From IMG/VR virus record IMGVR_UViG_2563366982_000007: a stretch of DNA of 27,589 nucleotides; one strand, given 5' to 3'. Position numbers and translations under genes: made by a program. This DNA comes from a virus. Its lineage: Duplodnaviria > Heunggongvirae > Uroviricota > Caudoviricetes. Below, one piece after another: positions 1 through 7,840 of the stretch; the first letter of the stretch is position 1; each line of letters begins with the position of its first letter. The notes below the pieces were generated by a model. That model had not been told where the DNA came from. It did not search any database and worked only from the letters and a program-made list of their open reading frames with translations.

Positions 1-54
1 GGTATCCGTTCTGCTGAAGTGTCATGGCGTTGATTTTACGGTGACTCTTCGACA

Positions 55-83
55 GTGAAAAGAAAAAAGGCCGCAGAGCGGCC
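55..83 (-). terminator. Putative rho-independent terminator for the minus-strand int-orf137-orf176 operon
   Basis: Hairpin GGCCGC-AGA-GCGGCC at about 69-83; on the minus strand it is followed by a T-rich run (complement of the A-run at 55-68). Lies about 110 bp downstream of the orf176 stop. Confidence 0.45.
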
Positions 84-192
84 ATAAACACAAACAAAAA
101 TCAACAAGTTAGATAATTATCAAAGACTTACAGACACACAAAAACACAGCCAACCACAACAAATAACAGAGATGTGGTCAATTTGTGGATCA

Positions 193-723
193 TCAGCCAA
201 CAAATTTAGCAACAAATACAGCAACCGCCGCCGTGAAAATGGTTGTGCATACTGGCACAATAATGCCACTCCAACGCCACTTCGTATTATCATCAACCTT
301 GTCAAACCGCCGATTCATCTCATCCATAATCTTGTCAAAGCGTTTATCCATCGCTTCGGTAAGCTCACCCTTCAGGCTGTTAATGTCTGATTTGAGCTGC
401 TCTTTCAGGTGAGCTGTATCAGATTTAAGCTCACCTTTCAGATTCGCAATATCGCATTTAAGATCACCTTTCAGATGAGCAATGTCTGCTTTGAGCTCAC
501 CTTTCACCTCACCAACATCGGCTTTGGTTGAGAGGTTTGTAGTGCGTTCAGCAAGCGTCGCAAGGTCGTTTCTTGTTAGCGATAAATCACCTTCGAGCCG
601 CTCAATTCGCCTTTCAAGTTTATCTGACATTCCGCCTCCACTATCACCGCCTCCCCCATCGAAAGAATTGCCAATGTCCTCACGAATAAGGGTTATGCCA
701 TGCTCACTTTTAGCATATGCCAC
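193..723 (-). CDS. Coiled-coil repeat protein with glycine-rich N-terminus and C-terminal hydrophobic (tail-anchor-like) segment; function unknown
   Basis: 176-aa ORF. Contains about 5 tandem 11-residue repeats (consensus roughly L-K-G-E-L-K-x-D-I-A-x) and ends in a hydrophobic stretch, WSGIIVPVCTTIFTAAVAVFVAKFVG. Its start abuts the stop of the upstream orf137, suggesting translational coupling. Confidence 0.6.
   Translation of the reverse strand: MAYAKSEHGITLIREDIGNSFDGGGGDSGGGMSDKLERRIERLEGDLSLTRNDLATLAERTTNLSTKADVGEVKGELKADIAHLKGDLKCDIANLKGELKSDTAHLKEQLKSDINSLKGELTEAMDKRFDKIMDEMNRRFDKVDDNTKWRWSGIIVPVCTTIFTAAVAVFVAKFVG
354..518. repeat. About five tandem 33-bp repeats, in-frame coding repeats inside the 193..723 CDS
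   Basis: Repeated unit similar to TTTgAGCTCACCTTTCAGxTGAGCaATaTC at 33-bp period, seen directly. Corresponds to the 11-aa protein repeats. Confidence 0.6.
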
Positions 724-1137
724 TCAGATTCCCTCCCAAACTATATATCCTTTGTCTCTTGCCCAACAAACAACTGTGTGGGCTGTATATGTGGATGTGA
801 AGCCGCAATAAGAACATGACACTTCATACCGAGTATTGTAGATGTTAATGGGCTCGTTCTCCTTGTGTATGGGAGTGACATATTCCCAATCATTTGAATC
901 ATCATAATCATCAAGTTCAGGGTCTGTGCCGTGAACAACCGTATGTGGAATAAACAAATCTGGGCGCCCACACGAGAGACAAGAGGTTCTGGCTCCTCTA
1001 TCTTTGAGGAATTGAATAAATAATTTGGGCGAAATCTGTTGCAGAACCTGCAAATGCCCACGTTCATTATCATTAAGAGACCTGTCTGCATATGGAAAAT
1101 CATCAAATTTAAGAGGCTTCATATAAGGCATCTCCAA
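724..1137 (-). CDS. Hypothetical Cys-rich protein (possible zinc-ribbon), co-transcribed downstream of int
   Basis: 137-aa ORF with two Cys pairs, C-L-S-C-G and C-S-Y-C-G. Its start region overlaps the int stop (alternative starts at 1128 or 1122), and its stop abuts the next ORF. Confidence 0.5.
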   Translation of the reverse strand: MEMPYMKPLKFDDFPYADRSLNDNERGHLQVLQQISPKLFIQFLKDRGARTSCLSCGRPDLFIPHTVVHGTDPELDDYDDSNDWEYVTPIHKENEPINIYNTRYEVSCSYCGFTSTYTAHTVVCWARDKGYIVWEGI

Positions 1138-2101
1138 GGGGATTAAATCTCACCGCATCCTGCAGGTAATCCGGCGCAAGATGGGCATAAATCATCGTTG
1201 TCTGAATCTTTGCGTGCCCCAAAATTTTCTGGAGGGTCAGAATATTGCCGCCGTTCATCATGAAATGACTGGCGAAGGTGTGGCGCAGCGCATGAACAGC
1301 CTGGCCGTCAGGAACATCAGGTGCGACCGTTTTGATGACATCGCGAACCAATGAATAATCCAGCGTCGGAAACACCAGTTTCCCGCCCCGTTTTTTGATC
1401 TTTTCAAACAGGCTTTCAGAAATAGGAACGGTACGGTTTTTGCTGTTCTTCGTTTTTGAAAAAGTGATTCGACAATGAAGAACACGGCGCTGCTCCAGTG
1501 CCGCTACCTCGCCCCATCGCGCCCCGGTCGACAGAAGGATTTCGACAGCCAGCCGTTCATCGGGATTTTCAGCCAGTGCATCCAGCAACTGAACACATTC
1601 AGACTTACTCAGGTATCCCATTTCGCGCTCGTTAACCTTCATTCCTTTAAGGCCTTGAACGGGGTTATCGTTAAGAAAATGGCCGGATGAGATGAGTGCG
1701 GTAAACATCGCGCTTAACGCCCCAATCTCTCGATTTATGGTGCTGGGCTGTATCCCCTGCTCTATCCTGGACACACGTAGCTCGGTGAGCATCGTTGTAT
1801 TAAGTTTATGCACGCACGGGTCATCCATTGCTTCACTCAAGCGCAGCAATTTAAGGCGCGTGTTATGCCCTGACTTCATTAGCTGGCCGTGGTATTTCCA
1901 CCACAAGTCAATAAGCACTGACAGAGGACGGCGATCAATAGAGTTTCCTTTCCACTCATTGTTATGCTGTTGCGCCAGCACCCACCGCTCATATAAAACT
2001 GCATCCGATTTCGTTTTAAATTTTTTGCGAATGCGTTTGCCTTTACGCCCCTCAGGGCGCATGTCAAGAAGATACCCTCCCGGAATTGATTTTATGCTCA
2101 T
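1109..2101 (-). CDS. int: Tyrosine recombinase / phage integrase (P2 Int-like)
   Basis: Translation has the tyrosine-recombinase C-terminal motifs (ARWGE, HALRHTFASHFMMNGG, LQKILGH, MIYAH) and an N-terminus, MSIKSIPGGYLLDMRPEGRKGKRIRKKF, that closely resembles P2 Int as I recall it. Start is trimmed from the track ORF (2251) to the internal Met at 2101 to match P2 Int length and avoid overlapping C. Confidence 0.9.
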   Translation of the reverse strand: MSIKSIPGGYLLDMRPEGRKGKRIRKKFKTKSDAVLYERWVLAQQHNNEWKGNSIDRRPLSVLIDLWWKYHGQLMKSGHNTRLKLLRLSEAMDDPCVHKLNTTMLTELRVSRIEQGIQPSTINREIGALSAMFTALISSGHFLNDNPVQGLKGMKVNEREMGYLSKSECVQLLDALAENPDERLAVEILLSTGARWGEVAALEQRRVLHCRITFSKTKNSKNRTVPISESLFEKIKKRGGKLVFPTLDYSLVRDVIKTVAPDVPDGQAVHALRHTFASHFMMNGGNILTLQKILGHAKIQTTMIYAHLAPDYLQDAVRFNPLGDALYEAS

Positions 2102-2150
2102 TCGTGAAACCCCAGCGTTACAAGACCACCATGCCCCCAGCGTTCCATGA

Positions 2151-2459
2151 TTAGCCGGGCTGTGTACCAGTCTTGCGGGATTTTTGAGAAGACGATGTGT
2201 TTTCTGGCCCATCAGGGGAGAGAGAGGGACTGATCTGCCCAGCAGCCTCATTTGTTTTTCCCGTCATAAGCCAATTCATGTACTTAAAAAAGCGAGGGTG
2301 ATTAACAATCTTGATAAGCACTTCGCCCCCTATGTTTTCAATCCGCCCCGTTTCATAACGACGCAAAGTGCCGATAGGCACATCAATCAGGCCGCAAAAT
2401 TCTTCGCGCGTTAAATCCTCTGATTCACGAATCACTCTAATTTTTTCACCGATAAGCAT
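2151..2459 (-). CDS. C: Immunity repressor, P2 C-like
   Basis: About 102 aa from the internal Met. The core motif EKIRVIRESEDLTREEFCGLIDVPIGTLRRYETGR resembles the P2 C repressor HTH region from memory. Position between int and a divergent rightward early operon matches P2. Confidence 0.7.
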   Translation of the reverse strand: MLIGEKIRVIRESEDLTREEFCGLIDVPIGTLRRYETGRIENIGGEVLIKIVNHPRFFKYMNWLMTGKTNEAAGQISPSLSPDGPENTSSSQKSRKTGTQPG

Positions 2460-2555
2460 TGACAGTGTTCCTATAAGTACACTAAGCTTGCGCACAAGGT
2501 GTACTTATAAGTACACCAAGTCACAAACAACCACAGATAGCGCAGGTTATCACAC
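2460..2555. promoter_or_regulatory. Divergent C / early-operon control region with direct-repeat operator half-sites
   Basis: Two copies of TATAAGTACAC at about 2472-2482 and 2506-2516; the second is embedded in a 20-bp perfect palindrome GGTGTACTTATAAGTACACC (about 2498-2517). TTGACA at about 2459-2464. The 96-bp region lies between divergently transcribed C and the Cox-position gene. Confidence 0.5.
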
Positions 2556-2834
2556 ATGGCAAAAGTCCTGAACACACACGAACAGGCAGACTTTGAGCGT
2601 TTAGCAGCGTTCTATCCCTACCGCGATGAGCATGGGTTACCAGTACTTGAAGAAAGCCTGAAAGATTACGCAAAGCGTACCAACCAAGCTGTTAACACAG
2701 TGAAAAGACAGGCTGACAGAGGTTCAATTCCCATCAACCAAGATGAAAAGAACTCAAGACGCACAGTAAATCTCTTCGCTCTTTTCCTGAAAACAATCAG
2801 GAGCGCAGAAAAATACGTGCAGATGACAAAATAA
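2556..2834 (+). CDS. First gene of early operon, Cox/Apl-position small regulator (assignment by position only)
   Basis: 92-aa basic protein immediately right of the operator region, transcribed divergently from C. I do not see clear sequence similarity to P2 Cox, so the call is positional. Confidence 0.45.
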   Translation: MAKVLNTHEQADFERLAAFYPYRDEHGLPVLEESLKDYAKRTNQAVNTVKRQADRGSIPINQDEKNSRRTVNLFALFLKTIRSAEKYVQMTK

Positions 2835-2848
2835 CGAGGTGTCATTTT

Positions 2849-3187
2849 ATGCTGAAGCAACGCCGTAATTTTCGTACCGGAACAGAACGCCACGCTAACC
2901 GTTTCACTACCAGTGCATCACGCAGCAACATCCGCTACAGCCTGAGTGATACACACGCAACGCCGGATAGCTACCCAGTAAAACAAATCGGCGAGCACAC
3001 CTGGCTGATTGAGAAAGCTGGAATCGTGATCCACAAATGCCCACGCAATCCGTTTACCGGAAACCGCATTTTTGCATTGAGCTGTGGCGACAATCAGTTC
3101 GGGCAGGATTTCACATTATACGAAGCACTTCGCACGGTTGATCGTCTGCTTCGCGGGCAAAGTTTTATTAAACAGACTGATTTATAA
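2849..3187 (+). CDS. Hypothetical early protein
   Basis: 112-aa ORF in the early operon, tightly spaced after the previous gene. Confidence 0.45.
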   Translation: MLKQRRNFRTGTERHANRFTTSASRSNIRYSLSDTHATPDSYPVKQIGEHTWLIEKAGIVIHKCPRNPFTGNRIFALSCGDNQFGQDFTLYEALRTVDRLLRGQSFIKQTDL

Positions 3188-3197
3188 CAGGTGCTTT

Positions 3198-3485
3198 ATG
3201 ACCAAAGACCATGCACAAGGTGTATTTATCCGTTTTATTGATTTTCGCGGTGAACTGTTATTACGTGCATCCGCTATTGACGGAGTGACTCCGGCGGGTA
3301 AAAACGGAGCCGACGAAGCCACTTACGTTTATCTGAACGGCACGCGACTGCTTGTGGAACTTCCGTACCAGACCGTACGAGAAATCATTAGCGAAGCTGA
3401 AAAGGCACGCCAGGTTAATGGCGATGAACCCTATATCGAAATTATTTGTATGGATTCAGAAGCTGAAATACAGAAAGCAGATTAA
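3198..3485 (+). CDS. Hypothetical early protein
   Basis: 95-aa ORF from the internal ATG at 3198 (the track ORF 3084..3485 overlaps the upstream gene). Confidence 0.45.
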   Translation: MTKDHAQGVFIRFIDFRGELLLRASAIDGVTPAGKNGADEATYVYLNGTRLLVELPYQTVREIISEAEKARQVNGDEPYIEIICMDSEAEIQKAD

Positions 3486-3493
3486 AGGGCGTT

Positions 3494-3739
3494 GTGATGG
3501 GCAAAGAATATAAAACTCTCATTAACAAAGCACTTGAGTGTTTTTATTTTCGCTTAAGTGCATCAGGCGCTCATGCTGAACGTGCGGCCCGTGACTCATT
3601 GACCAGAGCAATCCGAAGTCTGTATGACGTGGCTTTTTACGCTGATGATCTGGATGCACTTAACGAACTTTCCGAGCTGATCTGTGCCGCAGAATGCGGG
3701 GAACATATTGAACCGTATAAGCTGGGAAATATCGCATGA
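3494..3739 (+). CDS. Hypothetical early protein
   Basis: 81-aa ORF in operon context. Confidence 0.4.
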   Translation: MMGKEYKTLINKALECFYFRLSASGAHAERAARDSLTRAIRSLYDVAFYADDLDALNELSELICAAECGEHIEPYKLGNIA

Positions 3740-3849
3740 GTATATTTATCTCATGGCTTGTTCTGATTATTTCGGTGGTCTGCGCCATTGGGATTATGCG
3801 AATTATTAATTCAGTAAAAAAGATTGAACGCTTTTTCACTGAAGAATAA
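3736..3849 (+). CDS. Possible small membrane protein (37 aa)
   Basis: ATG overlapping the previous stop (ATGA). Translation MSIFISWLVLIISVVCAIGIMRIINSVKKIERFFTEE has one hydrophobic helix. It is below the ORF-track length cutoff, so it was read by eye. Confidence 0.3.
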   Translation: MSIFISWLVLIISVVCAIGIMRIINSVKKIERFFTEE

Positions 3850-3935
3850 CCGCGCAAATAAGACCCCAGGTTAAATAAGAAAATGTGAAAACAATCCGCA
3901 TTCGCGGAGGTATTCGCACACGCCAAGGAGGCGTA

Positions 3936-4139
3936 ATGGCAATTAAGCATTTTCCTGTCGTTCGTTTCACCTCCAGAGGACGTGAATACGAAGTTGACGA
4001 ACGCCTGATTACCACAATCGACAAACACCGTTCAGAAAAGGATGCACATCACATCTATCTCACTGACGGCACTTACTTCTGCGCCACCAACGTGGTGCAG
4101 GTAAATCTTATCAGACAGGTACAGGAGTCACGCAGATGA
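3936..4139 (+). CDS. Hypothetical early protein
   Basis: 67 aa from the Met preceded by AAGGAGG (the track ORF begins at 3885). Confidence 0.4.
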   Translation: MAIKHFPVVRFTSRGREYEVDERLITTIDKHRSEKDAHHIYLTDGTYFCATNVVQVNLIRQVQESRR

Positions 4140-4381
4140 TCATTCTGGACTACATCGCTGCCAATCCGGGTTGTAGCGGTGGAGAAATCGCCGCAGCACT
4201 GAATACACCAACCACAACCATTAATGCGGAGCTACGCCGTCTCTGGCGCAGCGGTTCAGTCATAAGAAAAGAGCGCAAAACAGGCGGTCGCTTTTCTTAT
4301 CAGGTAAACCCGATGCCGTTTGGGTGTAGCAACCCACTAACCCAGATGTTCAACCAGCTACTGAGGGAAATCAGAGCATGA
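4136..4381 (+). CDS. Hypothetical small protein, possible winged-helix DNA-binding
   Basis: 81-aa ORF whose start overlaps the previous stop. Helix-turn-like segment GGEIAAALNTPTTTINAELRRL. Confidence 0.4.
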   Translation: MIILDYIAANPGCSGGEIAAALNTPTTTINAELRRLWRSGSVIRKERKTGGRFSYQVNPMPFGCSNPLTQMFNQLLREIRA

Positions 4382-4522
4382 GCACCTCCAACTGCCGGAA
4401 ACCACGTCGGGCTTCAGCAGCTCATCCGGCAGCAAAACAAACTCCATTAATTCCTGTTCCGGGCCTTTCCTGCACCTTGCGGCGGGAGGCCTTCGCACAT
4501 CTGTAACAAGAGGATTGCCGCA

Positions 4523-4888
4523 ATGATTCTCGCCAACGACTTTCTTGAATACCTGCTCAACACAGAACGTGATCTTGCCGCTCGCGTGCGTGATCGTTAT
4601 GACATGTACCTGAAATCCCTGCCTGTACCGCAGCTCGCTGACGGAAAGATTGTTATTGATGGTCGCTACATGATTGACAGCCACGAGGGAAATTACAGGC
4701 TTTACCGCATTGAAGGTGGCACCCCGTCCGTTATTGGCATTTACCAGCGCCCATCCTCTGCAATCGTCGATGTGATTGCCGACAGCATCCGCATCACACA
4801 TCGCCATGCCGACACAGAAGACACCGTGCTGGAAATTCAGCGGCTGGCTACAGTCTGCCGCGACACCCTGAATGGCATGACGAAGTAA
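4523..4888 (+). CDS. Hypothetical protein immediately upstream of A
   Basis: 121-aa ORF ending 7 nt before the A start. Confidence 0.45.
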   Translation: MILANDFLEYLLNTERDLAARVRDRYDMYLKSLPVPQLADGKIVIDGRYMIDSHEGNYRLYRIEGGTPSVIGIYQRPSSAIVDVIADSIRITHRHADTEDTVLEIQRLATVCRDTLNGMTK

Positions 4889-4894
4889 ATCACT

Positions 4895-7660
4895 ATGACG
4901 GCAGAGTACATCAGGGACTGGCAACAACCGCGCCACGCAGTGGGGCGTGAAGGAACGGGGATCCCCGCTCCTGAATCCGCGCTTTCCTCCTGGCTGGATG
5001 CCTACCGGGTAGAGAACGAGCGCCGCCAGGAAATGGCTGATGCGGCGTTCTCCGCAACGCCGCTGGGCAACCTGATTAATAAAAGCCTGGACGCACAGGA
5101 AAAACAGGACAAAACCATCACACTGGCAGGAGATGCCAGAAAACAGGCACGCGGCGCGGTGGATGAAGCCATGGCCTCGCTGCGCCTGCTGCCGTCCTAT
5201 CTGCGCGATCCGCTTATTCGCCACCTCTCCTTCCTGCGCAAAAAACAGGAAGCCGATCGTCAGAAAGGCAAAAAGAGCTGGCAGGCTGAACGCTACGCGC
5301 GCGGAAACCTGCGCAAAATATTCGAACGTCTGGAGCGCACCGATCACCGCTGGCTGACACAGGGTTATCGCTCCCTTGCCGGACGCGAACGCCTGGACGA
5401 TTTGCTTTACCTGCCGCAGCTCAACAAACACCAGATACAGACACTGGCCACCATGACGGCGGCGATGTTCAGCAGCACCTTCGAAAAACTCTGCGATGGC
5501 TTTGGCGCGACCGATGGCGAACTGACCATGGATGTAACGCTGAAGGCGTATCAGATGCTGGCCCGCATGGCGTTACACCTGCACGCCATGCCTCCACATT
5601 ATGACGCACTGACAACAGACAAAGACCGGAGGAACGAACCGGACACGGAGCTGCTGCCGGGCGCAATCCTTCGCCTGACCTGTGCAGAATGGTGGAAACG
5701 CAAACTGTGGCTGTTACGTTGCGAGTGGAGAGAAGAACAACTCCGCGCCGCCTGTCTGGTTTCCAGAAAAACATCGCCCTATCTGAGCCAGGACGCGTTA
5801 AGCGAGTTTCGCGCACAGCGCGAGAAAACACGCGATTTCCTGAAAAGTTTCATGCTGGAAAATGAAGACGGGTTCACGATTGATCTCGAGACAGTGTATT
5901 ACGCGGGAGTAAGTAACCCGGTTCACCGTAAGGCAGAAATGATGGCCACCATGAAGGGGCTGGAACTTCTGGCCGAAGCCCGTGGTGACAAAGCGGTGTT
6001 TCTGACTGTCACCTGCCCGTCAAAATACCACGCAACAACGGAGAACGGTCATCCGAACCCCAAATGGAACGGGGCCACCATGCGCGACTCCAGCGATTAC
6101 CTGGTTAACACGTTTTTTGCGGCGGTCCGCAAAAAACTGAACCGCGACGGCCTGCGCTGGTATGGCATCCGCACGGTGGAGCCTCACCATGACGGCACCG
6201 TGCACTGGCATATGATGGTCTTTGCTCATCCGGAAGAAATCGACAGCATCGTGGCCATCACCCGCGATATTGCCATTCAGGAAGATCGTCACGAACTGGG
6301 CGATGATATTACTCCGCGCTTTAAGGCGGAGTATGTCGACGGCTCAAAAGGCACACCAACCAGCTATATCGCGACCTACATCGGAAAAAACCTGGACAGC
6401 CGCGCCGTAGATGGCATCGACCCGAAAACGGGCAAGCCACGCGTTGACCACGAAACCGAAAAATCAATGGCCGAGAGCGTGGAGCGCGCCATTGGCTGGG
6501 CGCGTCTTCATCGGGTCCGCCAGTTCCAGTTCTTTGGCATCCCCTCCCGTCAGGTATGGCGTGAACTCCGCCGCCTTGCCAGCCAGATGGCACGCAACCC
6601 GGAAGGCCCGCAACGGCTGAAGGATGATGCAATGGATGCGGTACTCGCTGCCGCTGATGCCGGGTGTTTTGCCTCCTACATTGAAAAACAGGGCGGCGTA
6701 CTTGTTCCACGTAAAGACTACCTGATTCGCACCGCCTACGACCTCGCAGATGAGCTGAACGATTACGGCGAGCAGAGTGTACAGATTTACGGGATCTGGT
6801 CGCCGCTCATCGGGGAGTCTTCCCGCGTGTGCACGCACCCGGATAACTGGAAGCTGGTAAGACGTAAACCGGAAGCGGAAGACAGCGCCCGCGAAAATGG
6901 TTTTGACCTTCAGGGCGGCCCTGCCGCCCCTTGGACTCGTGGCAATAACTGTCCCCGTGTACAGGAAACGGACAACAACGGGACAGAACAGCCGGAAGAA
7001 CGGCCAGCACCGTGGCCGCAGCTTCCTGACGGCGTTGATGTGGATGAATGGATGCGCTCACTGAAACGGCAAGAACGCCGGGCGCTGATGCGTTCGCTGC
7101 GTGACAAACAGGCAAAAAACAGCAGTGATGAAATGCAGAGCTGGACACAGAGCCGCAAACAGCAGCGGCCTTTGCCTGATAACCACGAATTACTCGCTAA
7201 AGAATGGCGGGAATCTGCTGAATCTCTCGGCCTGCATATCGGTGAACAGCAGATGCAGCACCTGTTACGGGGCGGCAGCCTGTACGTTGACGGCAGCATC
7301 ATTGCACCGCAGGGATTTGAAATTGTACGCAAACCGGATACCCGCCCGGACAGCCGAATCACGCAGCTCTGGCAGCGCCTGAGCCGTAATCACGGCGTAA
7401 GCAGCACGGAGATCCGCCATAACCCGGTCGCCAGCTATCTGGAACAGCTGGGGGCATCAGACCCCGAAGCCGCCGCACGCATGGTATCCACACTTCAGCA
7501 GGACCAGAACACCATGAAAACCCCCGTTACCGTGCTTTCTGACATGCTGCGCGTCATCCGTGACGCAGAGCACGCACAGAGAATCAATGAAACCACTGAA
7601 CGCGCACGTCACAAGGCGGGTCTGTTGCAGGACAAAGGCAATAGCGAGAAGAAAAAATAA
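4895..7660 (+). CDS. A: Rolling-circle replication initiator (P2 gpA-like HUH endonuclease) with long C-terminal extension
   Basis: HUH-type motif TVHWHMMVFAH and paired active-site tyrosines in SYIATYIGKN. Position after the early operon matches P2 gene A. At 921 aa it is longer than P2 A as I recall it (about 760 aa). Confidence 0.85.
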   Translation: MTAEYIRDWQQPRHAVGREGTGIPAPESALSSWLDAYRVENERRQEMADAAFSATPLGNLINKSLDAQEKQDKTITLAGDARKQARGAVDEAMASLRLLPSYLRDPLIRHLSFLRKKQEADRQKGKKSWQAERYARGNLRKIFERLERTDHRWLTQGYRSLAGRERLDDLLYLPQLNKHQIQTLATMTAAMFSSTFEKLCDGFGATDGELTMDVTLKAYQMLARMALHLHAMPPHYDALTTDKDRRNEPDTELLPGAILRLTCAEWWKRKLWLLRCEWREEQLRAACLVSRKTSPYLSQDALSEFRAQREKTRDFLKSFMLENEDGFTIDLETVYYAGVSNPVHRKAEMMATMKGLELLAEARGDKAVFLTVTCPSKYHATTENGHPNPKWNGATMRDSSDYLVNTFFAAVRKKLNRDGLRWYGIRTVEPHHDGTVHWHMMVFAHPEEIDSIVAITRDIAIQEDRHELGDDITPRFKAEYVDGSKGTPTSYIATYIGKNLDSRAVDGIDPKTGKPRVDHETEKSMAESVERAIGWARLHRVRQFQFFGIPSRQVWRELRRLASQMARNPEGPQRLKDDAMDAVLAAADAGCFASYIEKQGGVLVPRKDYLIRTAYDLADELNDYGEQSVQIYGIWSPLIGESSRVCTHPDNWKLVRRKPEAEDSARENGFDLQGGPAAPWTRGNNCPRVQETDNNGTEQPEERPAPWPQLPDGVDVDEWMRSLKRQERRALMRSLRDKQAKNSSDEMQSWTQSRKQQRPLPDNHELLAKEWRESAESLGLHIGEQQMQHLLRGGSLYVDGSIIAPQGFEIVRKPDTRPDSRITQLWQRLSRNHGVSSTEIRHNPVASYLEQLGASDPEAAARMVSTLQQDQNTMKTPVTVLSDMLRVIRDAEHAQRINETTERARHKAGLLQDKGNSEKKK

Positions 7661-7840
7661 CCAAGAAAGAAATCATCAATTGTATGAAGGTAGAGTTTAG
7701 ACATGGTAAGGACGTTCCATGGGGCACACTGTAATTTCATATAGTATTCCTCTTCCCTGTTTGATAAAAAAGTGCAATACTATAAATAGTCCAGTTAAAT
7801 GCTTTTTCAATTCACTTAAAATCAAGAGGTTACAGTTAAG
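7661..7840 (+). promoter_or_regulatory. AT-rich intergenic region upstream of the ATPase-peptidase operon; putative promoter
   Basis: 180 bp, markedly AT-rich. TTGATA at about 7761 and TATAAAT at about 7781 are sigma70-like, but the spacing is not ideal by my count. RBS AAGAGG lies about 10 nt before the 7841 ATG. Confidence 0.3.

Noticed and set aside
172-412. Plus-strand ORFs 172..390 and 185..412 across the tandem repeat region
   Set aside because: The repeat array generates open frames on both strands. The minus-strand 176-aa ORF is continuous, has coherent repeat and transmembrane architecture and is coupled to the upstream gene, so the plus-strand ORFs are judged artefacts.
2184-2414. 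76-aa plus-strand ORF antisense to the C repressor gene
   Set aside because: It is antisense to a gene with recognisable similarity to P2 C, and the early operon on the plus strand begins after the operator region at 2556.
4358-5431. 357-aa minus-strand ORF overlapping the 4523..4888 gene and the 5' part of A
   Set aside because: It is antisense to two well-supported plus-strand genes in a GC-rich region where long spurious antisense ORFs are expected, and it has no recognisable motifs.
5469-7362. Several minus-strand ORFs (5469..5831, 6020..6292, 6321..6710, 6464..6838, 6807..7148, 6910..7362) inside A
   Set aside because: All are antisense to the replication initiator gene, with R/C/P-rich low-complexity translations typical of GC-rich antisense frames.
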